Shown here one piece after another: positions 37,520 through 51,299 of a stretch of 64,000 nt of DNA. A model generated the notes under the pieces. The model searched no databases. It was not told the origin of the DNA and was given only the letters and a program-made list of their open reading frames with translations. The stretch is from Octopus vulgaris. Taxonomy: Eukaryota. Each line of letters opens with the position of its first letter. Position 1 is the first letter of the stretch. The stretch lies in assembly GCA_951406725.2 (NCBI GenBank), contig OX597827.1, positions 5,332,001-5,396,000 on the forward strand. The letters run 5' to 3'. A program made the translations under genes and the position numbers.

Positions 37520-37953
37520 AGATTATATGCATGCACACACACACACACACACGCACACACACACACACACATTTGCATATACATACATACATACATACAT
37601 ACATACATACATACATACATACATACATGCATGCATGCATACATACATACATATATACATACATACATGCATGCATGCATACATACATACATACCATACA
37701 TACATACATACATACCATACATACATACATACATACAAACATACATACATACATGCATGCATGCATGCATACATACATACATACATATATACATACATAC
37801 AAAGGCACAAATACACACATGCATACATAGATATAGCTGTCTAATTATCTATCAGTCTATCGATCTATATAATATATATATATATATATATGTATATAAT
37901 ATCTATATATATATATACATATAAATATATATATATATACATATATATATATA

Positions 37954-38003
<50 letters not shown>

Positions 38004-38081
38004 TATGTATAGATATATATATATACATATATATATATATACACATATAAATATATATATATATACATATATATATATACT

Positions 38082-38134
<53 letters not shown>

Positions 38135-38774
38135 GTATATATACATATATATATATATGCATGTGTATGTATACATAAAGACTTATACACACACAGACAT
38201 ATATACATACATACATATATACATACATATGCATATGTATGCATATATACATGCATACATACACACACACATATATACACACACCACACACACATATATG
38301 CACACACCACACACACACACACGTTGGGTAGGTTGTCACAACCGTGCACATGTTCAAAGGTAACAATATCAGAATAAAATCGAATGACAAATGAAAGAAT
38401 AAAAATTCGAAGTAGGTAGAAGAAACTTGGATGATGAGTGCAAAGGAAAAAAACTAAAAAAAAAAAAAAACAAAAAAAAAAAAAACTAACAAATAAAAAA
38501 TAAAAATAAAAATAAAACAAGAAAAACAAAAGAAAGAAAGAAAACTATGTTAGGTGTGAAAGCATGCTAGGTAATAGATGCATGATTTGGAAGTGTGAAG
38601 CTGGAAACTGGAGAGATGTTAAAAACTAAATGCTATAGTTTAGTATCCAAGGGACAAGAATGTTGTATTGGCTCCATCGTACAAGCATTTGGGAGCAGAC
38701 TGATTAAACATGAATAAGTGGAAGAAATGACTGAGTATTATTAGTCATAAGGTATTGTTTCTCTTTATACAACG

Positions 38775-38814
<40 letters not shown>

Positions 38815-39219
38815 ACCGCAAGAGATTCAATGAAGAAATGAATTATATATAAGCACACACATATACTTATATATAATATGTGGGTGTGTGCACGCGTGTG
38901 TATATATATATATGTATATATAAGTGTGCGAGTGTGTCTCTATATATATATATGTATCTATATATATATATATACGTGTGTGTTTATATATATGTTTATA
39001 TGTATATATACATATGTATATATATATATATATATACATATACACACATATACATATATATAAATATTTATATGCATATATATATATGTTTATATATATA
39101 TATATATATATATATAAGTAGGTGAATGAATTATTCTATGTTTATCGTCAGCATGGAAAATTCGTTTAACCGAAACCTGGGTAGCAAATTCACGTCAACT
39201 CCATCCTTTCATTTATATA

Positions 39220-39251
<32 letters not shown>

Positions 39252-39532
39252 AATATATGTATATAAATATATATATATATGTACAAATATGTATATCTAT
39301 ACGTATACATATACACACACATACACACACGCACTTACACGCACACACACACACATATATTTTTTTCTCTCTAGTTTCAGCTCAGAGCTGCGGCCATGCT
39401 GATGCACCACATATATAAGGGTACCCTGATATATATCAATATTTTGTTCCAACTCCTGTGAACACTAACAATACATGTGTGTATATCTATTTATCTATCT
39501 ATTTATCTTTCTATGTGGGTGCATATATATAC

Positions 39533-39581
<49 letters not shown>

Positions 39582-39961
39582 CATACAAACACACATGTAT
39601 GTCTGTATATGCATGTGTTTGTATATGTATATATAAACGGTAACAGAAAGCAAAAGGGGCAGTGGACAGTAAAACAATAGCTATTGAATATTAGATAAGA
39701 AATTACTCTGATAAAACTTCACAAAGAAAACGTTATTGACTTATGATCCACCAGTAAAATAGGTAATAAATGACATTAAATATTTTATGTATTATTGTTT
39801 GATTGTTTGATTACATGCCTGTATGTATGCATGTGCATATGTATGTATGCACACGTGTATACATAGTTATATGTGTATGTGTATGCATTTGTATATATGT
39901 TAGAACTTATACACATATAGATACATATATACATGAATGCACACACATACTTATCTGTGTG

Positions 39962-40015
<54 letters not shown>

Positions 40016-40052
40016 AAACAATCTATCTATCTATCTATCTATCTATCAAACA

Positions 40053-40111
<59 letters not shown>

Positions 40112-40173
40112 AAACAATCCATCTATCTATCTATCTATCTATCTATCAAACAATCCATCTGTCTATCTATCTA

Positions 40174-40256
<83 letters not shown>

Positions 40257-40280
40257 TTCACTGTGTGTGTGTGTGAGTGT
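37520..40280. repeat. Compound microsatellite field: (CA)n, (TACA)n, (TA)n, (GA)n, (TCTA)n
   Basis: Direct reading; comparable fields at 22100-22400, 26400-26820, 28265-28485, 52850-53800, 55820-56030 and 61310-61740. Confidence 0.95.
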
Positions 40281-40418
40281 GTTTTTATATTGACTGGGTT
40301 AAAATCCAAGCAGTGTCCTGTTCAAGCACATTCCAGTGTTCCAGATCCGTTATATTCGTGTGCGGTATGAATTGAAGTTGGAAATTCTGGGAAATATTTT
40401 CTGCCAAGTAATTATATA

Positions 40419-40725
40419 TCAAAACAGGAGATTGGAAAAATGTTTGGTATTATTTATTCACTATTATACATGTTCCATTTGCAAGAAAGAGTTACAAAAT
40501 TGTACATGTAGTAGAAACATGTAAGATATCTCTTGTTTGAAATTCTTCAGACAGAGAATCAAATATCATTATGTATTATTTGATATTTTCTGTCTGAAGA
40601 ATTTTTAATTAGAAATATCTCATATGTTTCTCCTGCATGTACAATTTTGTAACTCCTATTAGCACATGAAACATGTGTAATGGTAAATAAATAATAGCCC
40701 AAACTTTTCCAATCTCTCGTTTTCA
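40419..40725. mobile_element. Fold-back palindromic element (MITE-like)
   Basis: Imperfect arms of about 145 bp around a loop of about 11 nt near 40570; TA flanks. Confidence 0.75.
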
Positions 40726-40892
40726 TACATATATATATGCATCCATATGTATACGTGTATCTCTTTCTCTTTCTCGCCATATATATATATATATATATAA
40801 TCTGTGTGTGTTTGTGTAATAAGACAAAATATGCATCTATAGAGAGAGAAAGAGAGAGAGATACAAGAACACATACACACACATGCAGTTAT

Positions 40893-40927
<35 letters not shown>

Positions 40928-41032
40928 TATAGATATATATAATAGACGAAATGAGGTACTCAGAAATCTGGATGGTTTTATATTTAGATATTTATTAGCA
41001 TGTTACATATTTTTATAAATCATATATCATAT

Positions 41033-41070
41033 ATTAGCGCTTTCATCCACTCTAGTGGAGTCTTCAAATT
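41033..41070 (-). ncRNA. Minimal hammerhead-like motif
   Basis: AT-TTGAAGA-C-TCCAC taga GTGGA-T-GAA-AGCGCT-A-AT; palindromic stem III. Confidence 0.5.
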
Positions 41071-41621
41071 GAATTAACTTTTGCAAGAATTTTGACTCTT
41101 TTTTTAGTATTATTGAGTGTGTAGGGTGGGGAGAGATATAAGATAGTACAAGAGGGTGAGGAATGGGGAGAAAGTGAGAGAGAGAATGTGTGTGTGTGTA
41201 TCTGAAAGGGATGTTAAAGAAAAAGAAGGAAAGGAAGAAGAAGAAAAAATTTGTTGATATCTTTGCAGCTGGTCAGTTTGTCAATAGTAAACGATTCTTG
41301 GCTTTTAGTAATGGCAAATTCATCTGGTCACTCCAAGGGAAACAAAATGTCGCTTTTCAAAAAAATTGTCTGGATTTCCTTTTTATCATTGTCTTGTGAG
41401 AGAGTGTGTGTGTATATGTGCGCGTGTGTGTGTGGGTGTCTGTACATCATCTCCAAACCTTGGCCACAGTCAATTGACTGAAACAAGTAAAAGAGAATGT
41501 ATATATATATGTATAAGGCATCCAGCCACAGAAAACATATCAAATCAGACTGGAGCCTAATGCCACCTCTGGTCAAACCATCCAACCCATGCCAGCATGG
41601 AAAACAGACTTTAAATGATGA

Positions 41622-41720
<99 letters not shown>

Positions 41721-43058
41721 AATTGCATGCAGTCTGCTATGAGACCAGGACCTACCATAATCAGGGAACTCAAATGTAGGATTACATTCCTAGAATAAGG
41801 TCAGTGCATGACCTTTAGGCTAATATGAATACTGATTTATTCATGCACGTATTACTAAAACGATGACAATCTGCAGACAACTTTTAGGATGAGTTCTGCA
41901 ACAATTTTGAATGAGAGTTCAAGTAACTATGTTGCTTCTGTGGACGACATTTGTCGTCAGCCATCGAACTATTTGCTCTCAACTATAGTCACCAAACAGT
42001 ATTAAGCTAATGGCAAAACTTTAAGCAATCCAATGTTACTTACATTAAGAAAATTACCTCTATATAACGGTGAGCTGCTCCCAGGTTGAAAGCTCTAAGA
42101 CACAGCTCCATTATGTAAAGAATGGGTGTATGAATTTATATATGGAAGATCCTGGAAGTAAGTGGTAGCACCAAACTTTGATATTGAGAGCTATACCAGT
42201 CATCATACCAGTTACCATGGCTGAGTGCTGAAGGTTCCCATTCTTTCCCAGATACTGCAAAAGCTTAAAGTGTGTCTGTGTATATGTTTGTATGTGCATT
42301 CTTGCTGTCTATTTACATCCATGCACACAAAATATGTCATTTGGCCTGCTTGTCTGTGTTGGTGTCTGTATGCGGTTTCTGCATATATTTGTGTGTGTGT
42401 ATGTGTGTGTATTTGTGTGTGTGTGTGATTGTATATGTGTATTCTTTGACTTAAAATTTAGCTGTATGAAGCCACTCCCACCTTTACCCACTTTTCTACA
42501 CACCCACTCTACTGTACAGCCTTCTGGTCTGACCATGTACCCCCATACATCACATCCCTATCTCAATAATAATTACTTCGCTAAGCACTTTGCCTCTCCT
42601 GTATACATCACTCAGCAACCCTAATTGACCTTCAAAGGAAAAATACTTAAGCCATAAAAAAGTTCATTCAGCCACATCTTAAATCCCATCTCACATAAAA
42701 GGGTTTTTCTTATTCCTGCAAATAACCCAATTACCATTCTTAGATAAATACAGGAAGGAAAAACCAAAACAAAAAAAAGGAAGACACAACAAAAAAAAAA
42801 AAAAGCCTATTTATTTCATGACTTCTCTTGTCCACAAAAACAAGCAAAAATAGAAACTTTCTACAAAAAATGTTAACTTACTCCAAATCACACACATCCA
42901 AGCTAAGTCCAACTCCTCCAAGCAAAATCCTGCACCTTATGAATACATCAATTTACCAATGTTTTTAATACTTTGAGGATTCCAGCCCAGGATGAAACTA
43001 TTGGTCACTGAGCCATTGAACCTTTCATTTCCAATGCAAAATATACTTAAGTCTCTCT

Positions 43059-43091
<33 letters not shown>

Positions 43092-43414
43092 TTTGTATAT
43101 ATATGCACTTACATAAGTAGGTGTATATATGTGTGATATGTTTATGTGTATGTGGGGCTTGACCATTTCCCAGTATTTTGAATGTTAAAATACCTAGATT
43201 CTAATGACTCCTACAACAGATTACTGATGTGTGTTTGTGTTGTGTGTGTGTTGGTGTGTGTATAGATAGATAGATACATACGAACATACATACATACATA
43301 CATACAGACATACATACATAGATACATACACAACATTTGTTTATAAGCAATATCAATAAAGACTAGACGAGATACCCAGCATTACTCAGGATTAAGATGG
43401 CATAGTTTTATTTA

Positions 43415-43692
43415 TTGGTTTACTTGTTTCAGTCACGTGACTGTGGCCTCGCTGGAACGCTGCCTTCACTTGAACAAATTAACCCCAGGATTTATTCTTT
43501 GTAAGCCTAGTACTTATTCTATCGGTCTCTTTTGCCGAACCGCTAAGTTACAGGGATGTAAGACAGCAACATTAGTTGTCAAGCGATGGTGGAGGTACAA
43601 ACATGGAAGATTCATGCTAAGACACATGCATGTGCACTCACACAAATATCTATATATACATATATATCTATATCTATCAATATATCTCAATA

Positions 43693-43764
<72 letters not shown>

Positions 43765-43898
43765 CATACATATATATATATACTTATACACACACACATA
43801 TATATTTCTTTACTATCCACAAGGGGCTAAACACAGAGGGGACAAACAAGGACAGACAAACGGATTAAGTCAATTACATCGACCCCAGTGCGTAACTG
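43415..43898 (-). mobile_element. Family B SINE 3' half (43415-43620) and family A SINE 3' part (43803-43898)
   Basis: Homology to other copies; Helitron-like CTAG end nearby at about 43362. Confidence 0.75.
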
Positions 43899-44829
43899 GG
43901 TTGAGCATTGGGGTGAATATAATTGACTTGGCTATTCCCCTGAAATTAGTAGCCTTGTGCCAAGATTTGAAACTGTTATTATTATTATCATCATCATCAT
44001 TGTTATAGATATATTATCATTATTGCACTTTCTTGATAACAGTAACCAGTGGAAGAGAAGGACTAACTTCTGACACTATTGATATGACTCATGATATTTC
44101 ATACAGACTGGGATCATTGACTGTTGATGAACTATGTTGTTGCTGATGATGATGATGATGATGATGGTGGTGATGACGACGATAACGATGATGATGATGA
44201 TGATTTCAAATACATAATGATAAGTAGATGAAAATAGCTCAAACAAAATATTATTGAATTATGAAGCCCAAAATTATGTATAACAACAGAAAAATAAGAC
44301 AAACTAAAATAAACTTTTAACAATTCAAATAATTGTAAATATATAAACTACCACATGTATGTGTGTATGTATGTATGTATGTATGCATGCATATATATAT
44401 ACATACATACATATAAATATAAATACATACATATGTGTATACATATATATAATATGTAAAATGCACACACACACACACAAATACATACATATGTATATAA
44501 TATGTAAAATATATATATGTATAATTAAAATTTAATCTTATAAATTGAGTAAGGCTTTCACATAAATTGAAGAAGCCATAAACATTTATCCAATAGGAAA
44601 AAAAAATGTTCTGTAAATTATGTGTTATTTCTATTTTATTGAAAACTTAATATAAAATGATGAATGAAACTGAATTCTAATCCTTACATTATAATTTCAG
44701 ATACTGAATGTTAAGTGTATAATAACAGTTTTTGAGTTCCTTCCTTATCTTCTCAAAAGATCCATAATCATGTTATGCAAAGAATCATTTTTACCAATAT
44801 TAACAACTGTGGCCGTAGATAACACCGCA

Positions 44830-45160
44830 TCGACTGGCCTCCGTGCTGGTGGCACGTAACAAACACCATCCGATCGTGGCTGTGCCAGCCCTGCCTGGCC
44901 TCCATGCCGGTGGCACGTAAAAAGCAACATCCGAGCGTAGCCGTTCGCCAGCCTCGTCTGGCACCTGTGTCGGTGGCACATGAAAAGCACCCACTACACT
45001 CACGGAGTGGTTGGCGTTAGGAAGGGCATCCAGATGTAGAAACACCGCCAGATCTGACTGGGCCTGGTACAGCCTTCGGGCTTCCCAGACCCCAGTTAAA
45101 CCGTCCAACCCATGCTAGCATGGAAAGCAGATGTTAAACGATGATGATGATGATGATGAT
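44830..45160 (+). mobile_element. Family C retroposon
   Basis: Three internal GGTGGCAC(G/A)T repeats; GAT tail. Confidence 0.88.
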
Positions 45161-45381
45161 GTTAGTTTTATATATATATGCTAGGTGCTACAGATTACAA
45201 GTTAAACTCCCAATAAAACCAGTTTACGACCCTTTTTGGCTTTCTGTTGCTACTACTTCACTTCATCTTGTTAGCCTTTGGTGAAGTAGAATTATGGTAA
45301 ACTCACATTTCTCATAGTCTTAAAAATTGTAAGTTTCAAGCCTTCCTTTCTTAACCAAAGTTTTTTTTTATATATATATAA

Positions 45382-45788
45382 GGCGCAGGAGTGGCTGTGT
45401 GGTAAGTAGCTTGCTAACCAACCGCATGGTTGCGGGTTCAGTCCCACTGCGTGGCATCTTGGGCAAGCGTCTTCTGCTATAGCCCCGGGCCGACCAATGC
45501 CTTGTGAGTGGATTTAGTAGACGGAAACTGAAAGAAGCCTGTCGTATATATGTATATATATATATGTGTGTGTGTGTTTGTGTGTCTGTATTTGTCCCCC
45601 TAGCATTGCTTGACAACCGATGCTGGTGTGTTTACGTACCCGTCACTTAGCAGTTCGGCAAAAGAGACCGATAGAATAAGTACTGGGCTTACAAAGAATA
45701 AGTCCTGGGGTCGATTTGCTCGACTAAAGGCGGTGCTCCAGCATGGCCGCAGTCAAATGACTGCAACAAGTAAAAGAGTAAAAGAGTA
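45382..45788 (+). mobile_element. CORE-type SINE family B, full length
   Basis: A box TGGCTGTGTGG, B-box-like GGGTTCAGTCC, CTTGGGCAAG core, AAAAGAGT tail, TATATAAG flanks. Confidence 0.92.
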
Positions 45789-46106
45789 TATAAGACATTA
45801 TAGCAGAATCATAGCTATTCAACAAAATCATGCTTCTGTGTGGAAATATTTCTGAATAGGTTTTGTTGCATTAATCAAATTCTTTCAGCCAGGTAATCTT
45901 TCTTTGTTGCAAACACACATTTGTAGTTAGAGACTGTAGCAGCAATATAAGCAGAGTCCAAAACATCAAGTCACTGCCTAAGAATTGAACCCCAAATCAC
46001 TATGTTCTGCTGTAAAAATAACTGGAAACATCAAAATAGGATTTTGATTGAAATTGATGATGTTAGCAAGCAACTAACCATTCAAGTCCCTGGTAGATAC
46101 ATTAAG

Positions 46107-46336
46107 ATGGCGAGCTGGCAGAAACGTTAGCACGCCGGGCGAAATTCTTAGCGGTATTTCGTCTGCCGTTACATTCTGGGTTCGAATTCCGCCGAGGTCG
46201 ACTTTGCCTTTCATCCTTTCGGGGTCGATTAAATAAGTACCAGTTATCCATTGAGGTCGATGTAATCGACTTAATCCCTTTGTCTGTCCTTGTTTGTCCC
46301 CTCTGTGTTTAGCCCCTTGTGGGTAATAAAGAAATA
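46107..46336 (+). mobile_element. SINE family A, full length
   Basis: Perfect 15-bp TSD GGTAGATACATTAAG at 46092-46106 and 46337-46351. Confidence 0.95.
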
Positions 46337-46792
46337 GGTAGATACATTAAGCAAATTAAGCACTTGTTTTTACCTGTGACTGGGCTAACCAGTGAAAACA
46401 CAATTGCTACAGCAGATGCTTAACTCGTTAGAATCTTGTAAACAACCTCAACAAATTGAGATAAACACCATATCGGAATGTCATTAAGGATTTTGTCTTT
46501 GGCACCTTTTCTTAGACAGACCATGGTGATATAATTAGTCACAGCTTAAACTAACTAGTCACAGGAAAATTAGGCAACTCAGCTACAAAATTCAACAACT
46601 TCAATGATCCACTATCATTAGCGACACACCCCATGCACAGACAAACATGAACTGACTCACTTGTATCTCTTCCTATCTTGTAGCCTATTATTACTTGACA
46701 AATGTTTACAACTTTGTTTAATTGTTTTCCAAGATGAATTTTAATTTCCCAGTATTTTCCTCATGTTTTATTTTTCTAATTGTGCTCTCATT

Positions 46793-47470
46793 ATCATCAT
46801 CATCATCATCGTTTAACACCTGCTTTCCATGCTAGCATGGGTTGGACGATTTTGACTGAGGGCTGATGAACCAGATGGCTGCACCAGGCTCCAATCTTGA
46901 TTTGGCAGAGTTTCTACAGCTGGATGCCCTTCCTAACGCCAACCACTCCGAGAGTGTAGTGGGTGCTTTTTACATGCCACCGGCACGGGGGTCAGTCAGG
47001 CAGTTCTGGCAACGACCTTGCTCGAATGTTTTTACATGTGCCACTGACACAGGTGCCAGTAAGGCAACATTGGTAACGATCAAGCTCGAATGGTGCCCTT
47101 TTACGTGCCACTGGCACGGAAGCCAGTTGGCTGGTCTGGCAATGATCATGCTTGGATGGTGCTCTTGGCATCCTACTAGCACGGGCGCAAATGCCAGTAA
47201 GGCAACGCTGGTAATGATCACGCTCGAATGGTGCCTTTTAAGTGCCACTGGCACAGAAGCCGGTGAGCCGCTCTGTCAATGATCACGCTCGTTTGGTGCT
47301 CTTTGCACCCTGCTAGCACGGATGCCAGTCATCGAATTTAATTTTGATTTTGCTCTTGATTGATTTTGCTTGCCTCAACAGGTCTTTGCAAGCAGAGTTT
47401 TAGTATCCAAAGAAGGAAAAGGTACACAATAATGGGCTGGTTACGCCCCTGGCATAGGCCATGAGATTAT
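46793..47470 (-). mobile_element. Family C retroposon, longest copy, with internal ~60-bp repeat array
   Basis: About six repeats at 46960-47330; extends further 5' than the other copies. Confidence 0.85.
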
Positions 47471-47998
47471 GGTGTATCACAAATATCTTCTGTTACTCTG
47501 TTTTCTATACATTTACATATGACCACATGACATGAACAAGGTATTAGCTTAGAAGCGTCAGGTATAGACTAAAGTCTTCTTTCTATGCATGATCGCAGAA
47601 GAGAACATTGAAAATATTGTTCAGAAGCAATATGGATATCTCATCTGAAGTAAATCAACCTGAGAGATTAACAAATTAGATAATTGCATTTCTAATGCCA
47701 TCCTGAATTGTAAAATGCTTTACAAAGATGTTAGCAATATGAACCCTAACATTTCAAACAGTATAACATAAAAGTGTCTGAATAACAATATGGTTGTTAT
47801 TACTAACATTAGTTTTAAATATAAACACATTTGCCAAGCATTTGTGCTTTTAAGGACTGTATTACTATTATCATATTGCACAAGATTCTTTGATCCTGTG
47901 AGATCCTGTGTTAGAAATGGACTGCAGCCGAGTCAAAAATATTCAGGTGCTGAAAGACGAAAGGCATCTGATAATGAGCAAAGACAAAGGTTACTAAA

Positions 47999-48054
<56 letters not shown>

Positions 48055-48546
48055 AATGGAATGTGGTAACACGCATCATAACTCCTCCATATTCCCCAAC
48101 AAATTATGTCTAGAAACTTAAACATTATTCTCTAGTGTTTACATTTGTTACAGTTCCAATGTCACAATATTACTATAAGTGAAACTAAACCAACTATTGC
48201 CAGATTACGAAAGAATTGTCACTGTACATTAAATATTAAGTTGTTGCATTAACCCCCCAGGTTAGTTCTGATCATGCAGGCCTATGATCAAAAGCATTCC
48301 AGCCATGACCATCTCATCATTTTTTTTTAAGTTTGTAAACTATGTGAACTAAATTAACCACTGTGTTTTTACTTTATGTAAGGTTACAGGGATGTGACCT
48401 GAAGGATATTTGACTGCTATTTCTAACAGGTCAATTTACCACACAAAGCCCTGCACCCTTTCCTTCTTGGCCCATTCAACATTAAGTAGTTGTAACTGGT
48501 GAACATGTATTGCACGAAAGAAAATGGTAAAATCAGAATGTGCATT

Positions 48547-49143
48547 CTTTTATTCTTTTACTTCATTCAGTCATTTGACTGCAGCCATGCTGGAGCACCA
48601 CCTTTAGTTGAACAAATCGACCCAAGGACTTATCCTTTGTAAGCCTAGTACTTACTCTATCAGTCTCTTTTGCCAAACCACAAAGTTATGGGGATATAAA
48701 CACACCAACATCAGTTGTCAAGCAATGGTGTGGGGACAAACACAGGACACACAAATATATACATATATATGTATATATATATATATATATATAAAGTTAA
48801 TCTAAACAAGAAAACACAGAAAAAACACAGCAACGCGAGGACGTGGAACAATTAAAGTATTATTTGACACTCAGGAAAGAAGGGAAAAAGTTAATCCAAA
48901 TATGAAAACACAAAGAGAAAACGCAACAACGCGAGGATGTGGAACAAGTATAGTGTTATTGGACGCTCAGGAAAGAAGGAAGACAGGCTTCTTTCAATTT
49001 CTGTCAACCAAATCCACTCACAAGGCTTTGATCAGCCTGAGACTACAGTAGAAGACACTTGGCCAAGGTGCCATGCAGTGGGTCTGAACCTGGAACCACG
49101 TGGTTGGGAAGCAAGCTTCTTACCACATACCCATGCCAATGCC
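48547..49143 (-). mobile_element. SINE family B with a duplicated insert in its TA tract
   Basis: Insert 48794-48980 is two diverged units of about 95 bp. Confidence 0.85.
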
Positions 49144-50029
49144 TACATGTATGGATTCTCTTTTCAAGATCAGTTTAATCAATTTGGTCCTTTATGCAAA
49201 GTCCCTAGTGACATTGTTACCTCACAATACACATTAATGTTGTTAGTTACAGTAAGATCCTTGATTTGGTTCATACAGACTTGCTACATATTCTGCTGCC
49301 AAAATACAGCTGTATATCTTCCTTTGAAGTTTTACATTTCAAGTCAAACTGTCTGTAAGCAACACCACTAAGCAAGCAATGAAGTACATAGTGTCAAATA
49401 GACTTGTGTACATACACAAATACACATGCAAAATATAGAGTATCTGAAATATTTTAATCCAATACAGCACAGAAAAGGCAACATTTTCTATCATGCTACT
49501 AAAGTTAAGTACAGTCAATTAAGTGTGGAAACTAAATGTGTTAAATTTAGAAACTTATATGATAAACTGGTAAATGTTCACAACTAATTTAGTTACTTTG
49601 GAAGAAGTGCAATTAATCTAATAAAGGAGTTTAGAATTAGACAGAGTATTTGCCTATAAAATATGACTATAGCCTGTAATGAACTTTGTAGACATAATTA
49701 GAGAAAACTGAGTCAAACACGCCCACAAAATTCATTTCATTAAGCTTAATTTTTTTTATCAAATACAATTCATGCTTCAACTGGGTTGACACGAGAACCA
49801 GATCATTACATTTTGAAGTTAATTCTATTCTCCAAGAAATTAAGACATTGTTGAGATTCATAACGAACAGAAGCCAACTAAGGGAAAGTCCTTGATTTTC
49901 GGATTCTTTTATGTGGCAGTCAGCGATGTGACCTCTGGTATTCTGGGTTCTTTGTTCTATGACAATTGCTCTTCTTCTAAGGTAAATACTTGTATGCTGA
50001 AGGTGCTGCTGTACTCTGTCTCCAAATGC

Positions 50030-50370
50030 AGGAGTTAATGTTTCATCAGGCAGAGAAGCAGCTCTATAGATGTTTCAACTCTTTCCACCATGATACCAGA
50101 ACTGCCTGGGGCCACCAGTTGCGACAAAACTCTCACATAACAGCATGAGCTTTGTTGAGACAGAGGTTGCAACTCTTGGCCAGCTGTTCCTACCATTTTC
50201 AGTGTCTGTTCTTGCCACACCACTCATCCTTTCCCTCGAGCCATGTGTTTTGGCTTGCTTTCCCAGCAGCTTTTGATAACCTTCTGGTCACTTCTTATTC
50301 CTCCTTTACAGCTAGTCCAAGACTCTTGTGTAACAAGTGAACCTTGAAGTCAATGTGGCTGGGAAATAGA
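50030..50370 (-). pseudogene. HERO/NeSL-like RLE retrotransposon 3' end
   Basis: FPATLTSRF then (frameshift) SLGLAVKEE*EVTRRLSKAAGKASQNTWLEGKDEW, resembling the L..AAE.AS.W.W C-terminus; structured 3' UTR. Confidence 0.55.
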
Positions 50371-51255
50371 TCTTTCAAGCTAAAGTGACCAATGCAAGAT
50401 ATCATTGGAGGTTTTTGTGGGGACGTTTTCTTATACTATTTTTAGGGCATGGGTTAAATGAAGTTTTCTTTGGATAATGGTAATAAAATATTTATCAAAA
50501 TAAAAATTGCTCTTCTCCCAGAAAAATCAACAAAAAAACCACTGCAAAGAAATACTAAGTGTGTCTGATAGAATGGTTGTATTTATTCTTCTCTGTTTAA
50601 TTTTTAAGATATTAATTAAGGTGATGGTCTGACAGAGCCATTGGTGCATCAGACAAAATACTTAACATCATTTCTTCCTGCTGTTTGTGGAGTTCAAATT
50701 CTTCTGAGGTTGATTTTGTTTTTTTGTCCTTTTGGAGTTGATAAAATAAGTACCAGTTGAGTACTGGGGTCGATGTAATTAAATAACTCCATCTCTTGAA
50801 ATTCTTCGCTTTATGCCAAATTCGTGAAATTAGTCCCTAATATTTTTTCAAAGCATATTTGATTCCTGTCATGATTTATGATGTTGAGGGATCTCTCAGG
50901 TTTTGCTGTAGATTTTGTGTTGCCTTTTTCAGGATGGGAATGAAATTTCAGATTCCTTGAATGAGAAGAAATAAAAATTTCCTATTGATTATTGTAAATA
51001 TGGATCAATAATTTTGGATAAGAATCAAATTTAGTCAATTAAAATTACAATTTATTGACTATCATACATATGATCTTATATGATGTATAAATAACCTTAA
51101 TTAAAATAGAGAATAAAGTTTTTCAAAACTTCATTTATTATTTTTATCTTTTACTTGTTTCAGTTGTTGGACTGTAACCGTACTGGGGCATCATCATGAA
51201 GGGTTGTCAAAGATGGTAGTGACAGATGCAAATACACACGCAAACACACGCACAT

Positions 51256-51299
<44 letters not shown>

